A stretch of DNA of 35,377 nt from positions 1-35,377 of the forward strand of contig JAOUET010000002.1 of assembly GCA_029858605.1 (NCBI GenBank), read 5' to 3'. A program made the position numbers and the translations under genes. The notes beneath the pieces were generated by a model, which did no database searches, was not told the DNA's origin, and saw only the letters and a program-made list of their open reading frames with translations. This DNA comes from Coriobacteriia bacterium. GTDB taxonomy: Bacteria > Actinomycetota > Coriobacteriia > Anaerosomatales > JAENZW01. Position 1 is the first letter of the stretch; every line of letters begins with the position of its first letter. Of the stretch, positions 1 through 8,673 are shown piece by piece.

Positions 1-1
1 A

Positions 2-2263
2 TACGAGACGGCACACGAGCACTTCGAGCCGGTACTTCCCGAGAAGTACATCGTGTTGGTCGCCTATCCGGAGTCTCGGCGAGCGGCGGTAGACGCGTCG
101 CTCTCGGGGATCGTCCAGTCCGCCGGAGGTGAGGAACTGCCTCAGGAGACGGCCGAACACGAGTGGGAGTTGCGGTTCGCCCCTATGCGCCTGAAGCGGA
201 TAGGCCCCTCTCTCGTGCCGACCGAGGTCGTGGTGCCACTCGCGGAACTCGCTTCCGTCCTTGAAGAGATAGACGCGAAGATAGACCAGCCGTTCGTTCT
301 GGAAGGCATGCACGCCAAAGGCGACCGCGTCGTGCTCCTCGGCTTCGTGCCTCATGACGAGCGGAGTCTCGCGTTCAACCTCGCCTTTGCACTGTCGCTC
401 TCGGTCATCAAGATAGCCAAGAAACATGGTGGCTCGGCGTACTCCACGGGTGTGTACTTCCGGCGCGAAGCTGATTCGGTGCTCGGCAAGGAGAAGGTCC
501 GGGCCTTGTCGGAGCACAAGGCGGCGGTCGATCCGGCAAGGCTGCTCAATCCGGGGAAGGTGCTCGGATCCGGCTTGATCGACGTGTTGATGGGCGGCGC
601 TGCGGCGTTCGAGCCGCTGGTGCGCCCGATCGCGAATGCCGCGAGGCCCCCAAGGCGCCGAGGAGATATTGCGAAAGAGAAGAACGGTGTTCCGGGTGAC
701 GTCGCCTTCATGGCATATGCCTGCGCTCGCTGCGGGTATTGCGTGCCGACGTGCGAACAGTACTCGGGCCGCGGCTGGGAATCGCACTCGCCGCGCGGCA
801 AGTACGCCTTCCTCCGCGAGGTCATCGAGGGTCGGGAGGAGTTCGACCGCAAACAGGTCGACACGTTCCTGGTCTGCACGACATGCGAGGTATGCAATAC
901 ACGCTGCCAACTGCAGCTTCCCGTCGAGCACAACTGGATGGCGATGCGCGGCAGGCTGGTGGACGAAGAGAAGCGCGGGACCTTCCCTCCATTTGAGATG
1001 ATGGCGGCGTCGCTGCGCGGCGAGAACGACATATGGGCAGGAAAACGCGAGAATCGCGCGGACTGGGTGCCCGAAGATGTTGCCGCCAGGATTCCTGAGC
1101 AGTCCGACATCGTGTACTTCGCGGGCTGCACGGCGAGCTACGTGGAAACGGACATCGCCGAGGCGAGCATCCGGCTCTTGCAGGACGCCGGGTACGATGT
1201 GGGCTACATGGGAACGGATGAGGCCTGCTGCGGCATCCCGATGAAGGTGGCCGGGAAATGGGACTTGTTCGAGGAGATCTACGAGCACAACACCGAAGAG
1301 GCACGGAAGCGTGGGGCCAAGACGATCGTCACGTCCTGTCCGGCGTGCGGACTCGTCTGGAAGGAGATCTACGCCAATCTCGCGGCACAGCGAGGCGAGG
1401 AGTACGAGTTCGAGGTCAAGCACTACTCGGAGCTAGTCTCGGAGGCGATAGCCGAAGGCAAGCTCCAGCTCGGCAGCAGCCCGTTCAATGGCAGTAGGGT
1501 GACTTTCCACGACTCGTGTCACGCGGGCAGAGCGCAGGGCCTCTACGAACCTCCGCGGGAGATGCTCAAGGCGATTCCCGGTGTGGACTACGTCGAGATG
1601 GAGCACAACCGCGAGGAGGGGCTGTGCTGCGGCTCCGTTCTCACGCTCGTGGGAGAGATGCCGGTAGCTCCCGTTCTCGGCAACGAGCGGCTTCAGGAGG
1701 CTGTTGACGTCGGAGCGGACACGGTCGTGGCATTGTGCCCGTGCTGTCAGGTACAGCTTCGCGACAGCAACATCAAGAATGAACTCGGCCTGAAGATCGA
1801 CGATCTGTCACGCGTAGTAGCAGAAGCCGCTGGCTACACGATTCCGGAAACATCGGACTTCTCGATGTACATGTGGGGCTACTTCGAGAAGTTCATCGTT
1901 CTCCTGCAACCGGAGAACATGGCTGAGTTCATGACCCGGATCTTCCCGCAGATGATGGACGCGATGCCCTTCGGCATGAAACCGATGATGAAGTCGATGA
2001 AGTACGTGCCCGGTGGTCTTGCGATGATGGGCAAGATGATGCCGGTGCTGTTCCCACTGCTCGCGCCCGGTGTGCTCAAGACGGTCATGCCCGACATGGT
2101 ACGCGAGGTCGAGGACTACATCGGCGAGATGCCCGACGACATGGCAGAGCTGATACCCGGACTTCTGCCGAAGACAATGGAGTCGCTCATGCCGACCTAC
2201 CTGCCTGAACTCATACCGCACCTGACACCGATGATGATCGAGTACATCCGAACCGAGATGTAG
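2..2263 (+). CDS. FAD-linked oxidase (C-terminal domain) fused to a GlpC/GlcF/HdrD-like Fe-S and CCG-domain oxidoreductase; 5' end cut by the window edge
   Basis: The frame is open from nt 2 with no stop before the first Met at 53, so the FAD-binding N-terminus lies upstream. Visible motifs: DPARLLNPGKVL (end of the FAD-oxidase C-terminal domain); two ferredoxin motifs, CARCGYCVPTC and CTTCEVCNTRC; two Cys-rich CCG-type domains (FAGCTASY...ACCG...SCPACG and FHDSCH...GLCCG...CPCC). It ends in a ~130-aa Met/Pro-rich tail. Confidence 0.8.
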   Translation, partial: YETAHEHFEPVLPEKYIVLVAYPESRRAAVDASLSGIVQSAGGEELPQETAEHEWELRFAPMRLKRIGPSLVPTEVVVPLAELASVLEEIDAKIDQPFVLEGMHAKGDRVVLLGFVPHDERSLAFNLAFALSLSVIKIAKKHGGSAYSTGVYFRREADSVLGKEKVRALSEHKAAVDPARLLNPGKVLGSGLIDVLMGGAAAFEPLVRPIANAARPPRRRGDIAKEKNGVPGDVAFMAYACARCGYCVPTCEQYSGRGWESHSPRGKYAFLREVIEGREEFDRKQVDTFLVCTTCEVCNTRCQLQLPVEHNWMAMRGRLVDEEKRGTFPPFEMMAASLRGENDIWAGKRENRADWVPEDVAARIPEQSDIVYFAGCTASYVETDIAEASIRLLQDAGYDVGYMGTDEACCGIPMKVAGKWDLFEEIYEHNTEEARKRGAKTIVTSCPACGLVWKEIYANLAAQRGEEYEFEVKHYSELVSEAIAEGKLQLGSSPFNGSRVTFHDSCHAGRAQGLYEPPREMLKAIPGVDYVEMEHNREEGLCCGSVLTLVGEMPVAPVLGNERLQEAVDVGADTVVALCPCCQVQLRDSNIKNELGLKIDDLSRVVAEAAGYTIPETSDFSMYMWGYFEKFIVLLQPENMAEFMTRIFPQMMDAMPFGMKPMMKSMKYVPGGLAMMGKMMPVLFPLLAPGVLKTVMPDMVREVEDYIGEMPDDMAELIPGLLPKTMESLMPTYLPELIPHLTPMMIEYIRTEM

Positions 2264-2288
2264 AGTCCGGCCGACACAGGCTCACCAA

Positions 2289-2322
2289 GCGGGGCGGCGG
2301 CCGAAGCGAGCCGCCGCTCCGC
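2289..2322 (+). terminator. GC-rich stem-loop downstream of the oxidoreductase gene (putative intrinsic terminator)
   Basis: 13-bp stem GCGGGGCGGCGGC (2289-2301) pairs with GCCGCCGCTCCGC (2310-2322), with one G-T wobble and an 8-nt loop. It is followed by GTATTCTG and lies 26 nt after the stop codon. Confidence 0.5.
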
Positions 2323-2396
2323 GTATTCTGAGCGATTCACCCAGCGAGACTTCCCTGCCACCCGCAGTGTGACGAGGTTGGCACGGAAGCTGTGAT

Positions 2397-3170
2397 TTGG
2401 CCGACCGTACTGTGACGACAGGCGATCAAGTGTGTGTCAAGTCACAAAGTGCAACGGCCGATAAACCAGTCATGAGAACTCATACTTCCAGAGAGCAGTC
2501 GGTCGCCAGACTGCGGGCTATCCCGATGTTCGCAGACCTCTCCGCCGAAGACATCGATACCTTCGCGGACATGGTGCAGTACCGCACGTATCCGAAGAAC
2601 TCGTTCATCGTCAACCAGAACGACATCGGTTCTACGATGTACCTGCTTGTCTCCGGTCGCGTGAAGGTCTCCCTTGCATCTCCGGACGGCAAGGAGCTCG
2701 CACTGAACTACCTGGAGGCGCCCGCTCACTTCGGCGAGATGAGTCTCGTAGACGCGGAGCCGCGCTCAGCGGACGTGATAGCCGTGACGGATGTCGAACT
2801 GTTCTCGCTCGACGCGAAGGATCTGTCTTCGGCAATCCAGCTCAACCCCAGGCTCGCACTCTCCCTGATCGCGACCCTGTCGCGTCGCCTGCGGCACACG
2901 ATCGCACGCCTCGAGGACATGGCGTTCCACGATGCGACGCACCGCGTGATGCGCGTGCTGCTGAATGTGGCGACAGCCAGCTACGAAACGCGCGGCGTTC
3001 CCGTAATCCAGGGGCTCACGCACTACGACATAGCAACGCTGGCCGGCACATCACGCGAGACGGCCAGCCGAATCATCTCGAATCTCGCAAAGGAAGGGGT
3101 AGTGGCCACGAAGGGCCGGAAGATCGTGGTCGACCTCATCAAGCTGCGGGAGCGTCTCGAGGGTCAGTAG
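2397..3170 (+). CDS. Crp/Fnr-family transcriptional regulator (cNMP-binding domain plus C-terminal HTH)
   Basis: IPMFADLS...FGEMSLVD...RSADV is typical of a cNMP-binding beta-barrel. SRETASRIISNLAKEGVV is the Crp-type HTH. There is no N-terminal Fnr Cys cluster. The TTG at 2397 is the longest start; the ATG at 2472 (MRTHTS...) is an equally plausible start. Confidence 0.85.
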   Translation: MADRTVTTGDQVCVKSQSATADKPVMRTHTSREQSVARLRAIPMFADLSAEDIDTFADMVQYRTYPKNSFIVNQNDIGSTMYLLVSGRVKVSLASPDGKELALNYLEAPAHFGEMSLVDAEPRSADVIAVTDVELFSLDAKDLSSAIQLNPRLALSLIATLSRRLRHTIARLEDMAFHDATHRVMRVLLNVATASYETRGVPVIQGLTHYDIATLAGTSRETASRIISNLAKEGVVATKGRKIVVDLIKLRERLEGQ

Positions 3171-3322
3171 CAGATCGCCCCGCCCGCCTTCGGCCATCGC
3201 GAAAGAGCAGCCAGGAAGGCACCGCCACGCGTGCAGCGCGCTCGCCTCATCACGTCGGTTACTGCGTTTGGCGGCCTGGGCACATATCGAATGACCCAAC
3301 GGCACGGGGGCTGGAGACGCTC

Positions 3323-3550
3323 ATGAAGGAATTCACCCTTGCGGAACTCGCGTCGTTCGACGGCACCGACGGCAAGCGCGCATACGTGGCGTACGAAGGA
3401 ACCGTCTACGACGTGACCGAGAGTGCCATGTGGGGTGACGGCGACCACGAGGGAATGCACCAGGCCGGGCAGGACCTGACCGAAGCACACGATGATGCAC
3501 CGCACGACGTGTACGTGACGGACTTCCCCGAGATAGGCAAGCTCGTCTAG
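3323..3550 (+). CDS. Small cytochrome b5-like heme/steroid-binding domain protein
   Basis: 75 aa. FTLAELASFDGTDGKRAYVAYEGTVYDVT...MW..G.H matches the bacterial cyt-b5-like family (COG4892-type). A GGAG lies about 8 nt upstream of the ATG. Confidence 0.7.
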   Translation: MKEFTLAELASFDGTDGKRAYVAYEGTVYDVTESAMWGDGDHEGMHQAGQDLTEAHDDAPHDVYVTDFPEIGKLV

Positions 3551-3597
3551 CCTAGGTTGGATGCGATCGCTTCGGACAGTTGGGGTGCGGCGCCGAG

Positions 3598-4896
3598 TCA
3601 GTCCCGCCTGAAGAGCGCGACGCACTCGACGTGGTAGGTCTGAGGGAACAAGTCGAGCGGTTGCACGGACTCGAGTTCGTATCCGTCGCCGGAGAGTGAA
3701 GCGGCGTCGCGCGCCAGGGTCGTTGGGTCGCAGGACACGTAGACCAGGCGCGACGGCGATGCGGATGCGATCGCTTCGAGCGTTCGTCCTTCGAGACCGG
3801 CTCTCGGCGGGTCGACGAGAACGACATCCGCCGAGCCTGCCTGGGCAACGACTATGGCCGCGTCTCCCGGGAGCACTTCCGCCGCCGTGTCGGAATCGTC
3901 GAGGTTTCTGCGCAGGTCGCTGAGCGCATAGCGTGACGACTCTATCGCAATGACGTCACCCGCTTCTCTAGCGAGTGGGACGGTGAACGTGCCCACGCCT
4001 GCGTAGACGTCGAAGACGCGATCTGAGGGCCGGAGTCCGGCTGTGGCCACGACCCGAGACACCAGTTCTTCTGCAGCTGTCGTATTCACCTGGAAGAACG
4101 ACGGGGCCGAAACGACGTGGCGCGTGCCCCGGAGGCGTTCGGACCACCAAGGAAGCCCGCCTAGAACCTCGACCTGGACTACTTGTCTGGCAGCTTCTTC
4201 GCCCTTGAACAACACGCGAACGACACTGTCGGCTCCGGTCGCGTCTGCAAGGGTCTTTGCCGCGGCTTTTCGCGGAAACGGCCCCGGCGTCGTCCAGAGG
4301 GCGATCTGCAGGCCTCGCGTGTGCGTCGCCACACGCAGGGACACGCGTCGTATTCCCAGATCCTGACTTCCGGAGACGTACTTCAGCGCTCCGCGCAGAG
4401 CACGCGGGATTGCGCGCGCGCGTTTGGGAAGGAGGAGGCAGTCGTCGATATCGACGAGATTCGACGAAGCGGCTTCGGCGAAACCCAGCTCGAGCGCACC
4501 CCGTTTGGAGGTGGTCAGGAACTCGGCTTTGTTCCTGTAGCCGTAGCTTTCGCTAGCGGCGGAGCATTCAGACACAGCGACACGGGGGATGCGGCCGATG
4601 CGCTGGAGCGCATCGGCGACGGCAGCCGTCTTTGCCGCGCGCTGAACGGTGGCGTCGATGTGCTGCCACTGGCATCCGCCGCACGTGCCGAAGTAGGGGC
4701 ATGGCGGCTCGACGCGGTCGGGAGACGGTTCTTGGAGACCCGTGATGCGCGCTCGAACGAAGCTCCCGTGATCCGATACGATGTCAGCCTCGACGACGTC
4801 GCCGGGACAGGTGGCGGAAACGAACGCGGTTCGCCCGTCTTCGAGTCGGGCGACACCGTCGCCGCCATATGCCATGCTAAGAATCTCGAGTCGCAT
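3598..4896 (-). CDS. rlmD: 23S rRNA (uracil-C5)-methyltransferase, RumA/RlmD family (TRAM domain, 4Fe-4S, SAM methyltransferase)
   Basis: N-terminal TRAM-like barrel (GDGVARLEDGRTAFVSATCPGDVV). Fe-S Cys cluster CPYFGTCGGCQWQH. SAM motif VFDVYAGVGTF. DPPRAG and the catalytic YVSCDP. Confidence 0.85.
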   Translation of the reverse strand: MRLEILSMAYGGDGVARLEDGRTAFVSATCPGDVVEADIVSDHGSFVRARITGLQEPSPDRVEPPCPYFGTCGGCQWQHIDATVQRAAKTAAVADALQRIGRIPRVAVSECSAASESYGYRNKAEFLTTSKRGALELGFAEAASSNLVDIDDCLLLPKRARAIPRALRGALKYVSGSQDLGIRRVSLRVATHTRGLQIALWTTPGPFPRKAAAKTLADATGADSVVRVLFKGEEAARQVVQVEVLGGLPWWSERLRGTRHVVSAPSFFQVNTTAAEELVSRVVATAGLRPSDRVFDVYAGVGTFTVPLAREAGDVIAIESSRYALSDLRRNLDDSDTAAEVLPGDAAIVVAQAGSADVVLVDPPRAGLEGRTLEAIASASPSRLVYVSCDPTTLARDAASLSGDGYELESVQPLDLFPQTYHVECVALFRRD

Positions 4897-5087
4897 CGCG
4901 TCTTCCGCTCATGTGATGCCGCCGGGTGGCGACAGCGCATATACTACCGTGTGGCGGGCGTACGGTGAGCATGTTGTCCTTGAGCAAGTCGCTTGCACTG
5001 CCGATACCTGCATTGTGCAGCGGTTTCGTCAGATGACGACACATGTCTCGATCAAGGTGACGAGGTCGAGCGAGGAGGGACCCGCTT

Positions 5088-6779
5088 GTGGCTGAGAAGA
5101 AGGTTCTTGTGGTCCACGAGGACGCGAGTCTGGTCGACCAGATCCGCGCGACTCTGGCGGAGTCCGGTGCCGACATCGAGGTCGTCAGTGCGCTGTCCGG
5201 TCCAAGGGCCATGGGCATGGTTGGAGCCCAGAAGCCCGATGTGATCGTGGTCGACGGCGAACTCGAGGGGATGGACGGCTATGCGCTCACTCAGCAGATC
5301 AAGGCTGACCCAGCCGCCGCCGAGGTCCCGATAGTGATCCTGTCGCTTGCGCCCAACGAGATGTCTGCGCTTCGAGCTCGCCAGGCGGGAGCCGCAGCGC
5401 ATCTTCCGGCAAGCGGTCCGATGGTGCAGATAGTCCAGAAGATACTCACACTTGCGCAGCTCGAGGCCAGTGTTCCGGTGCCGGCGACGGCCGACCCGGC
5501 AGAGCACGGCACACCGCAGGCGGTCCGACCCTCAGCCGGTGTGGCCGCTGCACCCGCGCCTCTCGACGACGCATCGTACGGTGTGCCCCAGGCTGCTCCT
5601 GCGACCGCGCCGCCCGCTGCCTCGCCTCCGACGGCGCCAACGGCGCCAACGGAGCCGGTGGGTCCGGTCTCGGGCGGGCGTCTCGGCGGAGAACCTCCGA
5701 AGTCGGGCGACATACCACACATCGACGATCTTCTGCGATTGATGCTCGAGCGCGGAGGTTCCGACCTGCATGTCACGGTGGGCAGCTCGCCAGGCATCCG
5801 TCAGCGAGGCGACATCGTTCCCGTGGAGAACATGCGGCCACTGATGCCTCGCGACACTCAGGAGATGATCCTGAACCTGCTGTCGGAGGAGCAGCGCAAG
5901 CGTTTCGAGACCGAACTAGAGCTGGATTTCGCGTACAGCATTCCGGGCGTTTCGCGATTCCGCGCGAATGTGTTTCAGCAGCGCAACTCGATGGGTGCCG
6001 TGTTCCGCGTCATTCCCATAGAGATACCGACCATCGAGCAATTGGGTTTGCCGAAGGTCTGCCGGTACTTGGCCGAGCGCCCCAGAGGTCTGGTACTCGT
6101 GACCGGTCCGACGGGGTCCGGTAAGTCGACCACGCTCGCGGCGATGATCGATCACATCAACGAGACGCGCTCGGTGCACATCATCACGCTGGAAGACCCG
6201 ATCGAGTTCATGCATAAGAACAAGAAGTCATACGTGAACCAGCGCGAGATCGGCGAGGATACTCACTCCTTCGCGGCGGCTCTGAAGCGAGTGCTGCGTC
6301 AGGACCCCGATGTCATCCTCGTCGGCGAGATGCGCGATCTCGAGACTATCTCGGCAGCGATCACGGCGGCCGAGACTGGCCACCTGGTTCTCGCCACCCT
6401 GCACACTACGGGCGGCCCCGCCACGGTCGACCGGGTCATCGACGTATTCCCCCCTCACCAGCAACAGCAGGTGCGTATGCAGCTGTCCACCACGCTGGAA
6501 GGCGTCTTGTCTCAGGTGCTGATGCGCAGTACGGACGGCCGGAGTCGGATTCTTGCGATGGAGATCATGCTCGGCATTCCGGCAATCCAGAACCTCATCC
6601 GTGAGGGCAAGACGCACCAGATGACGACGATCATACAGGGCGGCGCTTCCCTCGGCATGCAGACTCTGGACCAGCATCTGAAGGCGCTGCTGCAGGGCGG
6701 CAAGATCACCTTCGAAGAGGCCATCGGCAAAGCCATGAACCCGCGCGAGCTCGCTCAGATGGTCGGACGGAAACTCTGA
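5088..6779 (+). CDS. pilT: Response-regulator receiver domain fused through a Pro/Ala-rich linker to a PilT-type (type IV pilus retraction) hexameric ATPase
   Basis: REC: VLVVHED..., phospho-acceptor context DVIVVDGELEGMDG, then VPIVILS. Linker runs from about aa 125 to 205 (APAPLDD...PPTAPTAPTEP). PilT core: Walker A GPTGSGKST, Asp box ITLEDPIEF, Walker B DPDVILVGEMRD, His box TGHLVLATLHT, and the PilT signature AIQNLIREGK. GTG start with the GAGGAGGG SD upstream. Confidence 0.85.
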   Translation: MAEKKVLVVHEDASLVDQIRATLAESGADIEVVSALSGPRAMGMVGAQKPDVIVVDGELEGMDGYALTQQIKADPAAAEVPIVILSLAPNEMSALRARQAGAAAHLPASGPMVQIVQKILTLAQLEASVPVPATADPAEHGTPQAVRPSAGVAAAPAPLDDASYGVPQAAPATAPPAASPPTAPTAPTEPVGPVSGGRLGGEPPKSGDIPHIDDLLRLMLERGGSDLHVTVGSSPGIRQRGDIVPVENMRPLMPRDTQEMILNLLSEEQRKRFETELELDFAYSIPGVSRFRANVFQQRNSMGAVFRVIPIEIPTIEQLGLPKVCRYLAERPRGLVLVTGPTGSGKSTTLAAMIDHINETRSVHIITLEDPIEFMHKNKKSYVNQREIGEDTHSFAAALKRVLRQDPDVILVGEMRDLETISAAITAAETGHLVLATLHTTGGPATVDRVIDVFPPHQQQQVRMQLSTTLEGVLSQVLMRSTDGRSRILAMEIMLGIPAIQNLIREGKTHQMTTIIQGGASLGMQTLDQHLKALLQGGKITFEEAIGKAMNPRELAQMVGRKL

Positions 6780-6829
6780 GAGCGGGTAAGAACCCTGCTG
6801 TCAGGACATCCGACCGTCGGAGGAGCCGA

Positions 6830-7270
6830 ATGGACGATGTAAGGATCCGCTGGGCGGGCAAGCGTCAGTTCGTGGGCTGGGACCAAGCCGGACACGGCGT
6901 CGTCATGGATTCGACACTCACGCACGGGGGCGAGGGGTCCGGTGTGCGTCCGCTCGAGCTCGTCCTGTACGGACTGGCGGGCTGCACGGCGATGGACGTC
7001 ATCTCGATTCTCGAGAAGAAGCGGCAGAGCGTGTCCGCGCTGGAGATACACGTCCAGGCGGAGCAGCGCACGGACGACTACCCGAAGATCTACGAGCGCA
7101 TCAACATCCATTTCGTAGTGAGTGGGCGCGATGTCGCGGATACGGCGGTTGCGCGTTCGATCGAACTGTCGGAGGAGAAGTACTGTTCGGTTCGAGGCAT
7201 GCTTGGTCCGCAGGTCGACGTGACCACGTCCTTCGAGGTTCGAGAAGCGGCTCCTGAGAACGCAGACTAG
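6830..7270 (+). CDS. OsmC-family protein (putative thiol-dependent hydroperoxide reductase)
   Basis: 146 aa. The two conserved Cys contexts are present (LAGCTAMDV and EKYCSV), with RPLELVL upstream. A GGAGGAG SD lies before the ATG. Confidence 0.8.
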   Translation: MDDVRIRWAGKRQFVGWDQAGHGVVMDSTLTHGGEGSGVRPLELVLYGLAGCTAMDVISILEKKRQSVSALEIHVQAEQRTDDYPKIYERINIHFVVSGRDVADTAVARSIELSEEKYCSVRGMLGPQVDVTTSFEVREAAPENAD

Positions 7271-7290
7271 GCGTGTGACCGGGACGACTG

Positions 7291-7992
7291 ATGAGCGACG
7301 CCATCCTCATGCCCGTATACAACGAGTCTTCTACCGTGTCCGACGTTCTCGACACAGTTCGGGGATACCACGATGGCGAGATCCTCGTGGTCAACGATGG
7401 CTCCACGGACGATACGACTGCCGTTCTCGCGGCACGGGAAGATGTGACCGTGATCGCGCATCCCGCCAATCTCGGCTACGGTCGTGCCCTGGCGGAAGGC
7501 TTCGCGGTGGCGAGGTGCCGTGGAGTCGAGCGACTGGTGACGATGGACTGCGACGGCCAGCACGAGCCAGCTCACATACCGCAGTTCCTGGACGCCCTCG
7601 AGGAGGGGTGGGATGTGGTGTCGGGGAGCCGATACCTGCCTGAGAGCGAGGAGGTCGGAGAGGCGCCCGCCAGCCGTCGTGAGGTCAACGCGCGCATCAT
7701 GAGCGAAATCAACCGCATGACGGGCTGGAGTCTCACCGATGCGTTTTGCGGGTTCAAGGCGTACAGACTGCCGTCGCTCGACGGGATGCCGCTCACGGAG
7801 CCCGGCTACGCGATGCCGCTCCAGCTATGGGCGCACGCCTGGCACCGAGGACTGCGAGTGACCGAGATCCCGGTCGAGCGCATCTACTTCGACAACGATC
7901 GCTCCTTCGGCGAGGATCTCGACGATCCGGAATGGCGGTACGCTTACTACATGCGTGTCTGGCGAATGGCACTCGAGGAGGAGCAGTGGTAG
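7291..7992 (+). CDS. Soluble family-2 glycosyltransferase (GT-A fold, DPM1/polyprenol-phosphate-GT-like)
   Basis: MPVYNES, VVNDGSTDDT, NLGYGRALAEG and the DxD motif MDCDGQH. I saw no hydrophobic TM segment. Confidence 0.8.
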   Translation: MSDAILMPVYNESSTVSDVLDTVRGYHDGEILVVNDGSTDDTTAVLAAREDVTVIAHPANLGYGRALAEGFAVARCRGVERLVTMDCDGQHEPAHIPQFLDALEEGWDVVSGSRYLPESEEVGEAPASRREVNARIMSEINRMTGWSLTDAFCGFKAYRLPSLDGMPLTEPGYAMPLQLWAHAWHRGLRVTEIPVERIYFDNDRSFGEDLDDPEWRYAYYMRVWRMALEEEQW

Positions 7993-8666
7993 ATGTCGCT
8001 TGCGTCGGGGCTCACCCGGACGACGTCGAGATCGGCATGGGAGCGACGATCGCCGGTCTCGTGCGAAGGGGGCTGACTGTCGCGATCGTGGATCTCACGG
8101 ACGGCGAGCCGACTCCGCGGGGCACGCGGGAGACCCGCATGAGAGAAGCCGCACTCGCCGCGGAGATACTCGGCGCCGAGCGAGTGACGTTGAGTCAACC
8201 GAATCGGTATCTGTTCGACACCGCCGAAGCGCGCACGGAGTTGGCCGAAGTGCTGCGCGACTTGCGCCCCAGAACGCTGTTCGTGCCGTTCGCCGAAGAC
8301 GCACATCCCGATCACACCGCCGCGCACGCGATCGCCGTGGCCGCCAGATTCTACGCGAAGTTCACGAAGACCCAGATGCGCGGTGAGCCGCACTATCCCG
8401 AACGCGTGTACCAGTACATGGCCGTTCATCGCCGCCTGTTGCGCGAGCCCTCGTTCGTGATCGATGTGACCGAGGACTTGCCGAAGAAGCTCGAGGCGCT
8501 CGCAGCGTACGAGTCCCAGTTTCAGTCGAATCCAGCGAATGCGGACGTGGTCGGGATGCTGACCGAGTTCGCCCGGATGTGGGGCGCTCTCGTCCGCGTT
8601 GAAGCTGGGGAGCCCTTCTACGCCCTGGAGCCGATTGGCATCCGGGCAGTGGAAGACTTGGTGTGA
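7986..8666 (+). CDS. PIG-L/LmbE-family N-acetylglucosaminyl deacetylase, BshB1-like
   Basis: VGAHPDDVEIGMGATIA (PIG-L metal-binding motif), IVDLTDGE, EDAHPDH, FVIDVT, LEALAAYESQF. The GTG at 7986 overlaps the GT2 stop (GTGGTAG) and follows GAGGAGGAG. The longer ORF from 7746 lies inside the GT2 gene and is rejected. Confidence 0.8.
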   Translation: MVDVACVGAHPDDVEIGMGATIAGLVRRGLTVAIVDLTDGEPTPRGTRETRMREAALAAEILGAERVTLSQPNRYLFDTAEARTELAEVLRDLRPRTLFVPFAEDAHPDHTAAHAIAVAARFYAKFTKTQMRGEPHYPERVYQYMAVHRRLLREPSFVIDVTEDLPKKLEALAAYESQFQSNPANADVVGMLTEFARMWGALVRVEAGEPFYALEPIGIRAVEDLV

Positions 8667-8673
8667 ACGCACC

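Noticed and set aside
1808-2221. His-rich 137-aa ORF on the minus strand
   Set aside because: It is the mirror image of the Met-rich tail of the plus-strand oxidoreductase (ATG read backwards is CAT). It is not an independent metal-binding protein.
2368-2395. Two TGTGA half-sites (2368-2372 and 2391-2395) upstream of the Crp/Fnr gene, one in a TGTGA-N6-TGGCA arrangement; a possible autoregulatory CRP-type box
   Set aside because: Only 3 of 5 positions match in the second half-site. TGTGA alone is too short to be meaningful, and the regulator's specificity is unknown.
4897-5087. Possible promoter elements (TATACT at 4940-4945, TTGCAC at 4993-4998) in the rlmD / REC-pilT divergent intergenic region
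   Set aside because: I could find no -35/-10 pair with acceptable 16-18-nt spacing. The calls are too speculative to make.
5631-5652. Tandem 9-nt repeat ACGGCGCCA x2.4 (PTAPTAPT)
   Set aside because: It is a short low-complexity repeat inside the Pro/Ala linker of the REC-PilT protein. It is not a VNTR, CRISPR or regulatory repeat, and I note it only as part of the linker.
7746-7985. Upstream 80-codon extension of the deacetylase ORF (track start 7746); likewise 8599..8673 for the BshC-like ORF, 28210..28284 for mreB, 33596..33778 for the DUF697-like ORF, 19853..20050 for the hydrogenase large subunit and 14611..14709 for EF-G2
   Set aside because: The extensions run inside the preceding, well-supported gene or lack SD sequences. 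Downstream starts coincide with SD motifs, stop-start overlaps and the N-termini expected for the families.
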